The notes under the pieces were generated by a model. It was not told the DNA's origin. It ran no database searches and saw only the letters and a list, made by a program, of their open reading frames with translations. A DNA stretch of 64,000 bases from Prorocentrum cordatum (Eukaryota), in assembly GCA_963575745.1 (NCBI GenBank), contig CAUYUJ010000231.1:1-64000 (forward strand). Reading direction: 5' to 3'. This document shows, piece by piece, positions 48,829 to 62,189 of this stretch; within the stretch, counting starts at the first letter, position 1, and each line of letters starts with the position of its first letter. A program made the position numbers and the translations under genes.

Positions 48829-51709
48829 AGATGATTAAACAAATCTTTCAAAAATAGTCCCAGACTATGTTGGACAATTTTTGAATATTCCCCCTGTAGA
48901 GGGACAGGCCCGACTTAAGGCTGGGGACCCTGACTGGCCAGCACCTGGGCACGTGAGGCCTTCCAGAGGGAGCCCCACCAGCGAAGAAGGCCGGCGGAGG
49001 CCGGCGGAAAGGACAAGTCGGCCTCCCGAGAGATGTGATGGGTCTGTTTTCCACCACCACCACCACCACCACCACCACCGTAAGGTTGGAGGGGAGGGGG
49101 TGTTCGGTCCTCCTCCTCCTCGTCCTCCTCCTCCTCGTCCTCCTCCTCCTCCTCCGCCACCTCCTTCCCCCCTCCGACTCATAGTGGTCGTGGTGGAAAA
49201 CAGGCCCATCAAGATGGCATTTTTTGGGGGGTCCGGGTTTCTCAGGAGGGAAAGGAGCACACAGGCACAAGTAATCGTCGACTCCCAGGAAAATACAGGA
49301 AATAAGTGGGGGGGATGACAGAAACCCAGACAATATGGGAACAGATGGGGATTCTTGTTATTTGTGTGTATTTATTTGTGTGTTTGTGGGCCCCTTCAGC
49401 TTCTGGCCGCAAGAAGGCGCCGCAAGAAGGGCCGCTTTGGGCTCGGGAGGGGCTCGGGTGACGGGGCCGTTTCTGAGATCTGTGTTGCCGGGCCTGTTCT
49501 GCACCACCACCGCCACAAGTTGGAGGGGAGGAGGGGGAGGGGAAGGAGGAGGGAGGAGGAGGAGGAGGAGGAGGAGGCAGGAGGAGGAGGAGGAGGAGGA
49601 GGAGGAGGAGGAGAGGCAGGAGGATGAGGAGGAGGAGGAGGGGAGGAGGAGGGGGAGGAGGAGGGAGGAGGAGGAGGAGGGAGGTAGGCGGAGGAGGAGG
49701 AGGAGTGGTGCTGCAGGGGAGAGTAGGGTAGGGTGGTGCTGCAGGGAAGAGTCGGAGGCGCGTCCGGGAGGGGGGGGGAAGCGAGGAGGAGGAGGAGGAG
49801 GAGGAGGAGGAGGCGGAGAAGGAGGAGGAGGAGAAGGAGGAGCAGGAGGAGGAAGACGAGGAGGAGGAGGAGGAGGAGGAGATGGTGGAGGAGGAGGAGG
49901 AGGAGCAGGAGGTCCCCCTCTCCGTCCAACTTATGGTGGTGGTGGTGGGAGACAGGCCCGTCATCTTGGGGCCTTTTTTGTGGCTGGGGCTCGTCGTGGC
50001 CACAGCAGCCCCGACGTTTCTCAATTTTTGCGTCCCGTATGCATCAGCGGGGGCTCATGCCAAGAAACACCCTGCTTGCCTCCGGGGTGCCCTGGGTTTC
50101 TTGGGTTTCGATGGTTTTGCTGTGAAAGGCGTGACGTTCCCACACCAAAAATCTATGGGCGTCCTGGGGTCTCAGGGTAGGGTTTCTTGTGGAATGTTTC
50201 TTGTGGTCGGGCCCCAACTGTACAGCACGGTGACTTGATCGTGCCCGCGCCTTTTCCTGCAAGCTTGGATTTCCTGCGCGCCCGGTCAGACTCAGAGAAG
50301 GGAAAGGTGTCCATATCTCTACCCTTCCCTCGTTTTCCCATTTCTGGGCCTCCTGGGAGATCCTCGTCGCCACCGCTGGATTTGCCTCGAAATCCTGGTC
50401 AGAAGGCACCCCAGGAGAGCTCCAGGGAGTAGCGGTATCGGTGCCTTTTGGTTTCCCCACAGACGGACGCGAGCGTTGCCGAAGAGGAATATCATGTCTG
50501 GTTGCGGTGCAAGAGTTCTGTAGATGTTTTGGCTCACGTGTGGCCGGTGGTGGGGGGAGCTCTTTGTGTGCCACTATCGTGGTTCACTTCCTGGACGGTG
50601 CAGGGCATTTTGTTTTTCGCCCAACCCTCCCGTGTTGGGTTCTCGTTTGGATTCGAACATTGTTGTCGCACACCTTCTCGGCGCTGTCCAACCCTTGGTA
50701 AGGAAAATGGAGCGTACACGAAATCCTTTCCAAACGAAAAGGGGGTTGCTTCGATTGCGTAGGTGGTGCCACCTCGCGCGGAGGGATCCGCCGGCCGCGC
50801 GTTGCTTTCCATTGATTCCGTGGTAGTTGTCCGTCGTGTTTTGTCATGTTTGCGCGTAGCGTGACATGTCTGTTGTAGTCCCTGGCAGATAGCTACGCAA
50901 TTGCCGTGCACATGCAAACCGAGTGCTGCCCCAACACGGTTTAAATCCTGCACGAGCTCCAACTTATTTCCGCACGAACGCGAATTGAAACCGACATGAG
51001 GCACGAACTGCGCCACGAAATGAGGCACGAAATGAGGCGCGGAATGAGGCACGACATGTGGCACGAAGTTAATTCTGCTCTGCGCTAGCTCCAGCACGAA
51101 ATGCGCCACGAAATGCCGAACGAAATTGCCCGCACGAAATTGTTGTGCGATTGTCTCAGGCGGTTTCTCGTTTTGGTGGGCGCTTGCATGCGCGGCCGGG
51201 CGCTCGCAATCGACTCCGGGGAATCAATTTTGGGGCCTGCTCGTGCTGCCATTCTGGGCGGCAACTCTGGAGCCATTTCGTGCGGGCAATTTTGTTCGGG
51301 CCATTTCGCGCGGGCAATCTCGCGCTGCTGCGTCGTTCTCCTGGCCGCCCGTGCTTGGCGGCTGCCGCTGGCGGGCCGGTCTGTGTCTGTTGCGACGGCG
51401 ACGCTGACGGGGCACAGCGCTGCTGGCGCCGATTTCTCGCAGTGCCGACGGTTCGTGGGAGTGTGGCAACGAGGAGGAGGGGGGCGTGGTCCAACGCCCG
51501 CACGGTTGGGCGGGCTGCCAGGGGCGTCCATCCCGCCGTGCCGCAAATCACTGATCACGCGAGTTTGCCCGGGGCGCCCAGGCAAGTTCGTGGCCCATTT
51601 CGTGCCCCTCTCATGTCTCCAAGGGGTCATCCTCTGTGGACCCTCTTTTTCTCCCTCTCCTTCTCCTCCCCCCTCTTGCCTGCTGCTGCGCTGCGTCCTG
51701 GGCGGCTGC

Positions 51710-52960
51710 GAACTGTAGAGCTGTCGCGCCTTTCGTGGGCTCCTGGGAGGCACCACGGGATCGTGGAGTAAACGGACCCTGTGTGACCTCGGAGCTCCTC
51801 GGGTGGTTGCGACCTGTGCAATTGTCGCCACCATTGTGGGTTCATGGGAAGCACGGCGGAGTCGTGGAGTAAACGGACCCAGCCGAGACCTTGCAGCTCC
51901 TTGTATGGCTGTGACTTGTGCAGCGCACGTGCGCTCTGTGCCACATGGCTTTTTCCCAACCCTCTTGTGTTGGGTTCTCGTTTTGAATAGAGCACTGTGG
52001 CCGCACACCTTCTTATCCCTCTCCTTCTCCGCCCCCTCTCCCTCCTGGGAGGCACGGCGGAGTCGGGGAGGAAACGGATCATTAGACGTGCTCGGTCATT
52101 GGGTGGCTGCGAATTGTGCAGCCGTCGCCACTTCCGTGGGCTCCTGGGAGGCACGGCGGAGTCGGGGAGACGAGCCCAGCCGAAAGTTCGCAGCTCCTTG
52201 GGTGGATGCGACTTGTGCAATCGTCACCACTTTCGTGGGCTCTTGGGAGGCACGGCGGAGTCGGGGAGTAAACGGATCATTTGAGACCTCGCAGCTCCTT
52301 GGTTGGTTTAGAATTGTTCCATTGTCGCGCCTTTCGTGGGCTCCTGGGGGCACTTCGGAGACAGGGAGTAGACGGGTCAGTTGAGACCTCCTTGCTCCCT
52401 GGGTGGTTGCGAATTGTGCAACCGTTGTCACTTCCGTGGGCTCCTGGGAGGCACGGCGGAGTCGGGAAGTTTTCGGACCCAGCCGAGACTTCGCAGCTCA
52501 TTGGGTGGATGCGAATTGTACAACTGTCGCCATTGTCGTGGGCTCCTGGGAGGCACGGCGGAGACGGGGAGTAAACGGAGCTTTTGAGATCTCGTAGCTC
52601 CGTGTGTGATTGCGAGTTGTGCAGTTGTCGCCATTGTTGTGGTCTTTTGGGGGACGCGGCGGATCCGGGGAGTTTTCGGACCCAGCCGAGACGTCGCAGC
52701 TCCTTGGGTCGATGCGAATTGTGCGACTGACGCCACTTCGTAGGCTCCTGGGAGGCACGGCGGAGTTGGGAGTAAACAGATCATTTGAGACTTCGCAGCT
52801 CCCTGTATGGCTGCGAACTGTGCCATTGTGGTCACTTTCGTGGGTTCCTGGGAGGTCAGCGGAGACGGGGACCACGCGGATCCAGCCGAGAACTCGCAGC
52901 TCCTTGGGAGGCTTCGAATTGCGAAGTTGTCTCCATTTCTTTGGGCTCCTGAGAGGCACG
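51710..52960. repeat. Degenerate tandem repeat, ~100-bp unit, ~12 copies
   Basis: GGCTCCTGGGAGGCACGGCGGAG...GAGAC(C/T)TCGCAGCTC...GCGAATTGTGC recurs about every 100 nt. Confidence 0.85.
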
Positions 52961-53354
52961 ATGGAGATGGAGGCAGCCCTGATCGTGCACAGTTTGCGAT
53001 GTGTTCTTCTGCATGGAGCGCTCATACACAGATTCGCCTCGCGTGGAGACGGGCTTGGGTACGTCTCGGGTAATGTCTGTCGTATGTCCGACTCGATTGT
53101 GCGATGTGATGCCTAGCCAAAAACACTGTTGCACACGTGTTGTCAGATCATTATTTTTTAAGTCATGCGCAATTTCGCTATATCTCCTGTCACCCTTGCC
53201 CGTCTCTCCGCCCTAGTCACCCACCGCTGCACCCTGGTGAAATCTACGCTTTTCCTCCGTCATACCGCCTCCATCTATAATGATTCTGCTCCACGTAGGT
53301 TATGAGTCTTGTTCTTCTAGCGCTGACCTCGATGATTTGAACCCAGCTGTGCAG

Positions 53355-53397
53355 GGTGACTGGTGACAACAAGGGCAAGGGCCAGGTCTTGCCGAAG
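53355..53397 (+). CDS. Host kinase exon G
   Basis: VTGDNKGKGQVLPK; CAG acceptor with the required phase. The donor is AG|GT at 53397, or AG|GC at 53406. Confidence 0.65.
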
Positions 53398-56300
53398 GTT
53401 GTTAAGGCAGCCGGGTCACATTCAATGGTAGTGTTCAGCAGGGGCAGCAGGTTGGGGTTCAATTCTATGTGGCCAAGAGCACGTGATGGATTCTCTGCTC
53501 AGCTGTCCCCTTGCATCAGTAAGGATGGAGAGAGGGGACGTGGGGGGAGGGGGGGGCAAAGGTACTAGTTCAGGTCTTCCTCATTTCTTGCGTTAGCTGC
53601 GATTGACGATGTACGATGGCAGTTGCAGTGATTCCTTTTCTTGTGTCCATTGTTACTTCCGCGATTCCCCACCTCTGCAGAAATACCGCTGACATGCAAA
53701 CACGCGTTGATTGGCTGAGTCTTGCCATCCCTCGAGATGTTGGGGAAGTCTGGGAGGGCGTCACAGGCCACGCAGGAGGGTTTTCGTGGGCCTCTCTGGC
53801 TGTTCCTTGGGGGCTGTCTTGGGCCATCTTGAGCCACCGTAGGGCAATTTTTCTGGTTGGCCCAGAAGGGGGTCCAGCGAAAAGAGGGTGGTGCTATAGA
53901 TTTGGTGCAAAAGATTTGTGGGGTTGCGATAGATTTGGGTCGTGCCATGCATTCCGGTGCGCAAATGTATTGCTGGATGTTCTCGCTCGCTATACACGAG
54001 TTGCAATGCAATGCAGTACACTTCTCCGGCGCAGTACATTTGCAATACAATTGCCCCACGTATAGTGATTGCGCCACCCCTGTTCAGCTGGACCCCCTTG
54101 TGGGTCAACCACAGTCTTAAGGGTCCTCTCGGGGCTGTCTTGGAACCGTCTTCGGTCCTGCATGGCGCGGGGCCCGCTGCCGGGCCGCTCCTGGGCCCTC
54201 CTGGGGACTGTCTTGGAGGCCTCCCGGGGCCGTCTCGGGGGGAGGGGGAGCACGGGCCCTCGCAGGGGCCCTGTTGTGGCCCTCTTGGAGCCGCCTCGGG
54301 GACCCAGCCCGCACAGGCAGGAACCTCACCGCCAGGGAAAAGACATGTGTTGTCTAATGATCATGACCCTCCTCCTCATCCTCCTCCTCCTCCTTCTCCT
54401 CCTCCTCGTCAACCCCCTTCTCCTCCTCCTCCTCCTCCTCCTCCTCCTCCTCCTCCTCCTCCTTCTCCTCCTCCGCCTCTCCTTCCCTTCTATGGAAGGG
54501 ATACAGTCAACCCGCATGAAAAGGATGGGCAACCTTCCCAAGGGTACCCCTGCATCCCAGCCTCCTGGTTCCACCCTTGGCCACTGTCGTTGGCTGCGCC
54601 CCGCTCGAAAAGCTTCGAAGTGGGCGTCCAAGGCCCTTGCACCCTTGCATCCTTCTAGCGCATCCTTATGATACGGGCCGACTGTAGTCACCTACTCTCT
54701 GGGCCGTCGGTGAAGTCCGTTGGGCTGTCTTGGGCCGCCTTGGGCCACCTTTGGGCCAGCATGGGGCCCGACATGGCTGGACCTAGACGCTGTTTTGCTG
54801 GACTCCGGCTGTGTCTTGTGCTTTGTTTTCTTGCAGGTAGGTACGGGAAAACAGGTAGAGCCAAACGACAAGCAAAACGAACAAAACAACGAAAAACAAC
54901 GTTCAGGTCCAGCCCCGGGGCCCGACACGCTCTGACTCGCGCGCTTGCTGCGCCCTTCGCGTGGCCGTCGCCCGCTCGTTGGGGCCAGGCTGCCGCTGCG
55001 ACCAGCGGGCCCTGGCGCCCTGCGTGCACTGCGTGGGGGGCGGTGGCCCGCCTTCCGCTCGGCAGGGCCGAGGACCGGCGCCTTCCCTCGGCAGGGCCGC
55101 CGAGGAGGGGGCGTCGAGGTGGTCCAAGGCCTCGCCGGTTCAGCCGACGAAGATGTGGAGCGTCCATCCCTGCGCTTCGCAACGCAATCGTTTGCTTATT
55201 CACTGTTTTGGCGATCGGCGTGGGCCCTCGCACCCCGCACCCCCCCCCCCTATGGAGTGGATCTTGGCTGTTTTTGGCGCCTGCTTCGAGCAGGTGGAGT
55301 CCCTCCCCCATAGGACGCACTCTCGCAAACAGTCGCACTAAGCAGAGGTCTGGAGCCAGACCACCCCCCCTCCCTCCCTTCGCCGAATAAGAAAACGCCG
55401 AATGTCGAAACGCCGAATAAGAAAACGCCCACAATGTGCGCAAAGTTGTGGCTTGACGCTGGGTGTGGTGCGCAGGTTGGTTGCGCCCCTCGAGGTCCGT
55501 GTGGGGTGTTCTGCAGACCTGACCCCCCGGACCGACGCAAAGTCCCGGTCATCCCATCCCATAAGCTGCCAGCGGATCATCCTGCCGGCCCGTCCGGCAG
55601 AGTTTCAGGAGGGACAAAGAACACACGAGACACAATTAATCGTCGATCCCCCAGAAAATATAGGAAAATATGGGAAGTGGGGGGGGAAGACGAAAATAAA
55701 AAAATGTAAAAATATGGGGAATCGTTTTATTTGTGTGTATTTATTTGTGTGTCCCTGGGCCCCTTCAGGGATGCAAACCCAGCCCAGAGATCCGAGGCTA
55801 CGAGAAAATTGGAGCGGCTCAAGATCACGAGAGAGGCAGTGTGCTCTCGTGAATGGCTGTTCTCATGCGGGGGGAAACCTGGGGCTCGAGTGCGCCGGAT
55901 TCGGGTTTTCCGACGCTGCTTGACGAGGGCGTCCTGGTTTTTGACGGTCCAGTCTTCGTAGGACGTTTGCAGCGGAGTTCGAGTCAAATTCCAGATTGGG
56001 CCTCGTCATTTTCGTGATGGCCCCGTCAGGCCAACCCGGGTCCTCCGAACCCGAGTTTTTCGTCTCCCCGATCATTGGCATTCATTTCATGTGCAGCAGC
56101 ATGCTTTCCCCCAGGGCCGCCCTCGCGTGCGCGAGCTATATATCCAACACGCTCCGACCTGAGCTACTTGTGCGAGGGATCTAGCACGCATCTGGCCCGC
56201 TGGGCTGGCGAGTTGTGGGCTCTGTTTCAGCAGCTGTTCGTGATCATGTCCCTGCCCTTGCACTAGCTAGTTCCCCTCGTGAAGACGGCGAGCCAAGCCG

Positions 56301-57362
56301 TCGCAGCCACGCTGCTCGGAAGCCCCCGGGCCCTCTGAGAGAACCCGCTCCTTCTGAGCAGTTTCCTGTGCCTTCGGGGAAGGCTTAGAAAAAGCGTCTC
56401 AGAGAACTGGGGGACTTCCTGGCCTCCTGAGAAGGCCTTCTCCTTCTCGCTTTACCCCACTCGCTCGCCGCCGATGGGTCGCAGGCTCGCTGATTTGAGC
56501 GATTCCGTCGAGCAACGCAGGGATGCCGCGAAGCCTGGCTGCGCACGAGGAATCGAGGAGGAGGTGCGCGACGGCCGCAGAGGCGGAGGAAACGTGGGGC
56601 GGCCCCCTGAGGTCATGCCCGTCTTGCAGCGGCATGTTGCGGCCCAGGCTTTGGCGGAGTAGCCATCGGTCGTGTAAATAGGTTTTTGTTGAATTTCCAG
56701 ATTCCAATCTACTTTAAGCGCCTTCCTACTTCAATGATCGAGTGGCTTCACCTTTTCCGTTCTCCTCAGGAGGTGGACGGAACCCGATCTATTTCCAACG
56801 CTTTCCTATTTCATGTTTCTACCTACTCTTCCGACCGATCACTCACTCAAGCCATACGTCCAGCAGGGCGCGTCGGCACGACAACCACACTGGGTCATCA
56901 CAAAGAAAGCAGGATTCGCGGGTGTGTGTGTGTGTGCGTGCGGCGTAGAGCAACGGGGTGAAAGGCGAGGGGGAGGGAAGGAGGGACCGACCGATGGGTC
57001 TTGAGCCGACCGATGGGTACTGCAAATCTGGGCGTCCAAATTTGGGCGCGTCCAGGTTCGGGATCCCGCAGTGGGGGGGCGTGCCCCGGGGTGTGTGTGA
57101 GTTCGCTCGGCTTCTGCAGCGAGCTGCCCAAAACAGATGCTTCCCAGCCGGTGGTTCCCGGTAGTTGCCAATAGGTGGGGCATGCGGGGGGTATTTGCGT
57201 GCTGCAGGTCGGTGCACCAGCGGATCGGGCTCATGCCCCCCCTCAGGGTCGCTCCCTTTTGGTGGATCCCGATAGGTGCCCCAGAGAAAGAAAGCGCAAA
57301 CGCCCAAAGCAGCATTATACATTCCAGCAGCAGCCAGCAAGCGGTGCCAGCCGCGCCAGCAG

Positions 57363-57461
57363 GTCGACCTGCCCGCGAAGATCCTCTACGGCAAGATGAA
57401 GCCGCGCCCCTATGGCCCGAAGGCGGACGTGTGGAGCCTGGGGGCGGTGCTGTACCAGATG
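57363..57461 (+). CDS. Host kinase exon H (end of insert, subdomain IX)
   Basis: VDLPAKILYGKMKPRPYGPKADVWSLGAVLYQM; CAG acceptor, G|GT donor. Confidence 0.9.
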
Positions 57462-57494
57462 GTTCGGGGGGGGCTCTTCTCGAAGTAGAAACAT

Positions 57495-57974
57495 TTGTGT
57501 ATGCATGTATATACATACATATGTATAAACATGTACGCATACACGTATACCTATACATCTATATGCATGGTTTGGTATATGTTTGTATATCTGCATGCAT
57601 ATTTGCATACACACAAGTAAATAGGCACGTCAGTGTGTATGTATGCATGCACGTACGTATGCATGTATGTGCCCACTATACTTGTATACATGTATGTCTG
57701 CATGTCTGTGTGTGGATGCGTATATGTGTTACTGTGTGTATGATTGTGTGTACGTATGTGTGCATGTGCGTATGCTTGTCTGTCTGTTTGCCTTCCTGTC
57801 TGTCTGTATGAATGCATGCACACATGCATGTATGTATGTATCCGTGTGCATGTATGTATGCATGTATGTATGTATGTACGTACGTGTGTATATGTCTTTC
57901 TGTATGTGTGTGTGTGTGTGTGCCTGCCTGTATGTCTGTCTGCCTGCCTGCCTGCCTGCCTGCCTGTCTGTCTG

Positions 57975-58006
<32 letters not shown>

Positions 58007-58285
58007 GTTATGTCTATATGTTTGTCTGTCGGTCTTTCTGTCTGTATGTAGGTAGGTAGGTAGGTAACTAGATGTATGGATGTATGGATGTCTGTATGTA
58101 TGCATGTGCGTATGCACGTATTCATGCATTCATGTTGTCATGCGTTAATGTATGAGTACGTCTCATGCCATGCCGCGTCATGCCATGCCATGCCATGCCA
58201 TGCCATGCCATGCCATGCCATGTACTGCATACACGTTGTTAGTATGGGCGTGTAACACATGCATATCACATGTGATATACATGCT
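57495..58285. repeat. Alternating purine-pyrimidine microsatellite complex (TATG/TGTC/TGCC/CATGC)
   Basis: Directly visible; starts just after kinase exon H. Confidence 0.95.
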
Positions 58286-59120
58286 TGGCAAACCGATCGT
58301 GTCGGGGCCGAGTTGATGAGCCCCCGAGGGGGGGTGCTCTATACAGGCGCCGCCTCAGCCCCGGAGCCAAACCCAGAAGTGATGAGGCGGCGAGATGGCC
58401 TGGGAGCGGCACGTGCCCCCCATCCTCCCTCTGAGGGGAAGAGCACCCCTGGCGACGGCTGTCTTGTCAAGGGGAGGACAGGGGGAGGAAGAGAAAGGGC
58501 ATTGTGGACAGCAGGAAGCAGACGGGAGGGGGAGGGGGTATCAAATGGCACGTTGCCGTTGGCAGCGTGCCAGCGCGTTGCCCGTCCGTCGTTGTCCGGA
58601 GGCCTGGCGCGTTCCTTCAACAGCGGCATGCTGACATGTTTCCCACGGCGGTGTGTCTTTGCTACTGTTCTTGCTCCCCGAGAAGGGGGCATGGCGAGAG
58701 GGGAAGCTCGTCCTCCTCCTCCTCGTCCTCCTTCTTCTCCTCCTTCCACTTTGCGCCCCCTCCCCCCCGACTTAATCCACCAGTGCTCGCGGGGGAGAGG
58801 GGAAGGTGGGTCAGGGGAGAGCGGGGGGAGGGGAAGAGGGGGTTGGGAGCAACCGCAGCACCTTCGGCCAATATAGCGCAGCAGCCGGTGCCAGCGAGAG
58901 AGAGAGAGAGAGAGTTCTTGCTCATTGGGCACGAAGGTTTTTCTAGTCGCGACCGACGAGGTCGGTCGCTGCAGTTTGAGCCTCAAAATCTGGGATCTGC
59001 CGCGGCCGATTCGGAGTGCCGATCCTTCGCCACCGATCGCGACTGAAAAAGTCTGGCACCCAATGGGCTGGGGTGCTCGGGGCAGGAGGGGGACAATGGA
59101 GAGGAAGGGGAGCGCTGCAG

Positions 59121-59221
59121 GTCACCGGCAAGCCCCTCGCCACGAGCGAGCCCGCCGTCCTGGCCGGCAGGTATGAGCCCGCGGCCGGCATCTCGCAGCA
59201 GTTGGCCGGACTGCTGGGCAG
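59121..59221 (+). CDS. Host kinase exon I (subdomain X)
   Basis: VTGKPLATSEPAVLAGRYEPAAGISQQLAGLLG(R); CAG acceptor, AG|GA donor. Confidence 0.8.
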
Positions 59222-61146
59222 GACGCGGCAGGGCTGCACACACCTGCGCCGGAGGTAAGTCGGGCGTGTCCCTCTACAGGAGGGATATCCAAAATTAGTC
59301 AAACATAGTATGGGGACGATGTTGTCGACTCCTTGGGATCATGCGGGGGCATTTTTGTCAGTATGAGTTTTCTTTCCGTTCCTCCGAGATCCGTCTGTTA
59401 CAGGAAGACACGCCCAGCTTCACGCTGGGTGCTCCCCGCTTTTCCCCGCGCAGGGCCCCTCTCCCTTCCTTCCTTCCCGTCGAAGAAGAAGACGAAGAAG
59501 ACGACGGAGAAGACGACGAAGAAGACGAAGAACTGTACACGCAGTTTGTTGGGGGCCGCCGCGGGGCACGCCGGGCCCGAAGGTTGGGCGCGGCAGGAGA
59601 GACGGGCGGGCGCGAAGGAGGGGCAGGCGGCCCCGCGGGCGGCGCCGCGCGCGCGGAGACCGCGAGGACCTCTCTCGCGCGCGCGCGCCAGAGCGCGGGC
59701 ATGCACGGGCAGCAGGCTGCTCCTCCTCCTCCTCCTCCTCCTCCACTTGCCTCCTCCTCCTCCTCTTCCACTTGCCTCCTCCTCCTCCTCCTCCTCCTCC
59801 GCGGGTGCCAGAGCGCGGGCATGCACGGGCAGCAGGCTGGGCGTGGCGAGGCGAACCTGCGCATGGTAGATTAGGGGAACGAACAAGGACAAAAACATGA
59901 AAGCTCGGAGGTCGGCGAGGATTTCTCGGATCGGCGCTGGGCCCCCTTGGCGGCACCTCCGGCGCCGCCCCTGGCGCGCTCCGCGCGCCAGGGAGGGGGG
60001 TCCAGCACGGATCCAAGAAATCCGCGCGGACCTCTGGGGTTTTATGTTTATGTCATTGCTTGTTTCGTTTGCCTAAGGTTCGCGTCGTGTCGACCGCTGG
60101 CGACCCCGCCGCTGGCGCTCAGCCTTGCACGCCGCCGGCGACCCAGAGTCGGTCGATGTGGAACGAGCTGACGTTTCGGCAGCGGCCGATCGTTCTGCAG
60201 GGTGGAGCGATCCCCACGCCGCGTCGGGAGCCACAGCGCCGGGGCCGGCACAGCAGGAGCCTGCCGTGCCAGGGTGCGGCAGGGCGAGCTTGCGAACCCT
60301 TCATCGGAGAGTTGGCCCTCCCACTGGCAGGAAAAGGAGCCTCGGACACCTCGCGAAACCTCTAAACATAAACCTCGAGGAGGGGGAGGGGGAGGGTTCT
60401 TGGGGCGCTCTTGGAGCTCTCTTGGAGGCCTCTTGGGAGCCATGGAGGGCCTCCTGGTGCCATCTTGAAGGCGGTCGGTCAAAAGAGGGGGGGGTCCTCG
60501 ATGTCTGCCCCCCCCCCCCTCGGGGGCACCGATCCTCGTGAGGGGTGTCAGCAATTGGCCCTCCCACTGGCCGAAAAAGGACCCTCTGACTGGGTAGTCG
60601 AAGGCCAGACTGTCAGATTGGATTGGGCCCCAAGGGCCAATCTGGCCCGGCCAAACTGGATGATTTGGGTTATTCGCCAGACTGGATTCGCGTTGGCTCC
60701 CTCGCCAGATTGCCCCCGTTTGCCAGATTGGGCCTGCCAGATTGGCGCCAGATTGGCTTCGACTACCCAGTCTGACCCATCGGTCCCCCTCCCAAAATCA
60801 CCAGGGAGGGGAGGGGGCCTCCCTCCCCGAAGGGCAGAGGGGTTGTGGAAGGGGAAAGAGACCCTCCTTAGACCACCTGTCGTCCAGAGGGCTGGTGGGA
60901 TTGGGTCCGCGCGGACGTCTCGAATCGGCGCTGGGCCCCCCTGACGTCGCCTCGGGCGTCGCCCTTGGCGCGCTCCGCGCGCCAGTCGTTGGGGGGTCCA
61001 GCGCCGATCCAAGAAATCAGCGCGGACCGCCGAAAGTGCATGTTTACGCAGTTGTGTGTTCTTATTGCGAAGGCCTGACGGCCTGTGCCGCCGACCCTGA
61101 AGCGGACCACGACGTCGGCGACGACGTGGGCGGAGACGGAGGCCGT

Positions 61147-61178
<32 letters not shown>

Positions 61179-62042
61179 CGAGGAGGAGGAGGAGGTTCCT
61201 TATTTCCCCATCCTCCTTGAGTTGCCGCCGCACGACGTCGAGAGGGTCGGAGGTCCGAGGGAGGCCATACAGCTGCGGGCAACGGCGATGTGACCCCAGG
61301 AGGAGAGGGGAAACAGGAAGTGGCACGGGCAGGAGCAGGAAGAGGGCGGTGGGGGGAAGGGGCAGCCGGTGGGAGGAAGAACTGGGAGGAGGAAAAGGCG
61401 GAACAGGTTTGGGAGGAGGCAGAGGAAGAGGGCGAGGAGCATGACGAGGAGAAGGAGAGGGATGATGATGATGAGGAGGAGGAGGAGGCGGAGGAGGGGG
61501 AGGAGGAGGAGGAGGAGGAGGAGGAGGAGGAGGAGGAGGAGGAGGAGGAGGCGGAGGAGGAGGAGGAGGAGGAGGCAGAGGAGGAGGAGGAGGAGGAGGC
61601 GGAGGAGGAGGAGGAGGAGGAGTTGGAGAAGGAGAAGGAGAGGGAGGCGGAGGAAGACCGGGAAAGGGAGGGTGGTGGTGAACGGTGGTCTTGCAGTTAA
61701 TGCGTGCTCACATCACGTCAAGCGGCCTGAAAACTCTTTGAGAGGCAAGGATGCTTCAGAGAAATCTCAAACCAGAATTTGAATTCAAGACGGCCTGCAC
61801 ATGGAGCGACTCTCTTGTGTCGTCTCTCTCTGGTCGCCTCACGATTCGCCTGAATACGTGCTTCCATCTCACCCGTGAGGATCACTGACTGAGGAGGAGG
61901 AGGAGGAGGAGGAGGAGGAGGAGGGGCGAGGAGCGAGGAGCGAGGAGGGAGGAAGAGTAGGAGTATGGAGAAGGAGAAGGAGGAGGAGGAGGAGGAGGAG
62001 GAGGAGGAGGAGGAGGATGGAGGAGGGCGTGCTCCCCCGAAG

Positions 62043-62070
62043 GATGCTGGTGGTGGACCCCTCCAGCAGG
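62043..62070 (+). CDS. Host kinase exon J (subdomain XI)
   Basis: (R)MLVVDPSSR contains the conserved ML..DP..R motif. The AAG acceptor is in the required phase; the donor position is approximate. Confidence 0.72.
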
Positions 62071-62189
62071 GAGCGGGGGTGGGAGGGCCAGCCGCCGCCG
62101 CCGCCGCCGCCGCCGACGCTTGGGGGGAACGGATGGTCCGCGTGGGGACCAGCGAAGTTCCATTGAGGGAGTAGGGGAACAACAAGTGG

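Noticed and set aside
51710..52960. Regularly spaced repeats resembling a CRISPR array
   Set aside because: The whole ~100-bp unit is repeated, so there are no unique spacers. Copies are degenerate, there are no cas genes, and the context is a eukaryotic intron.
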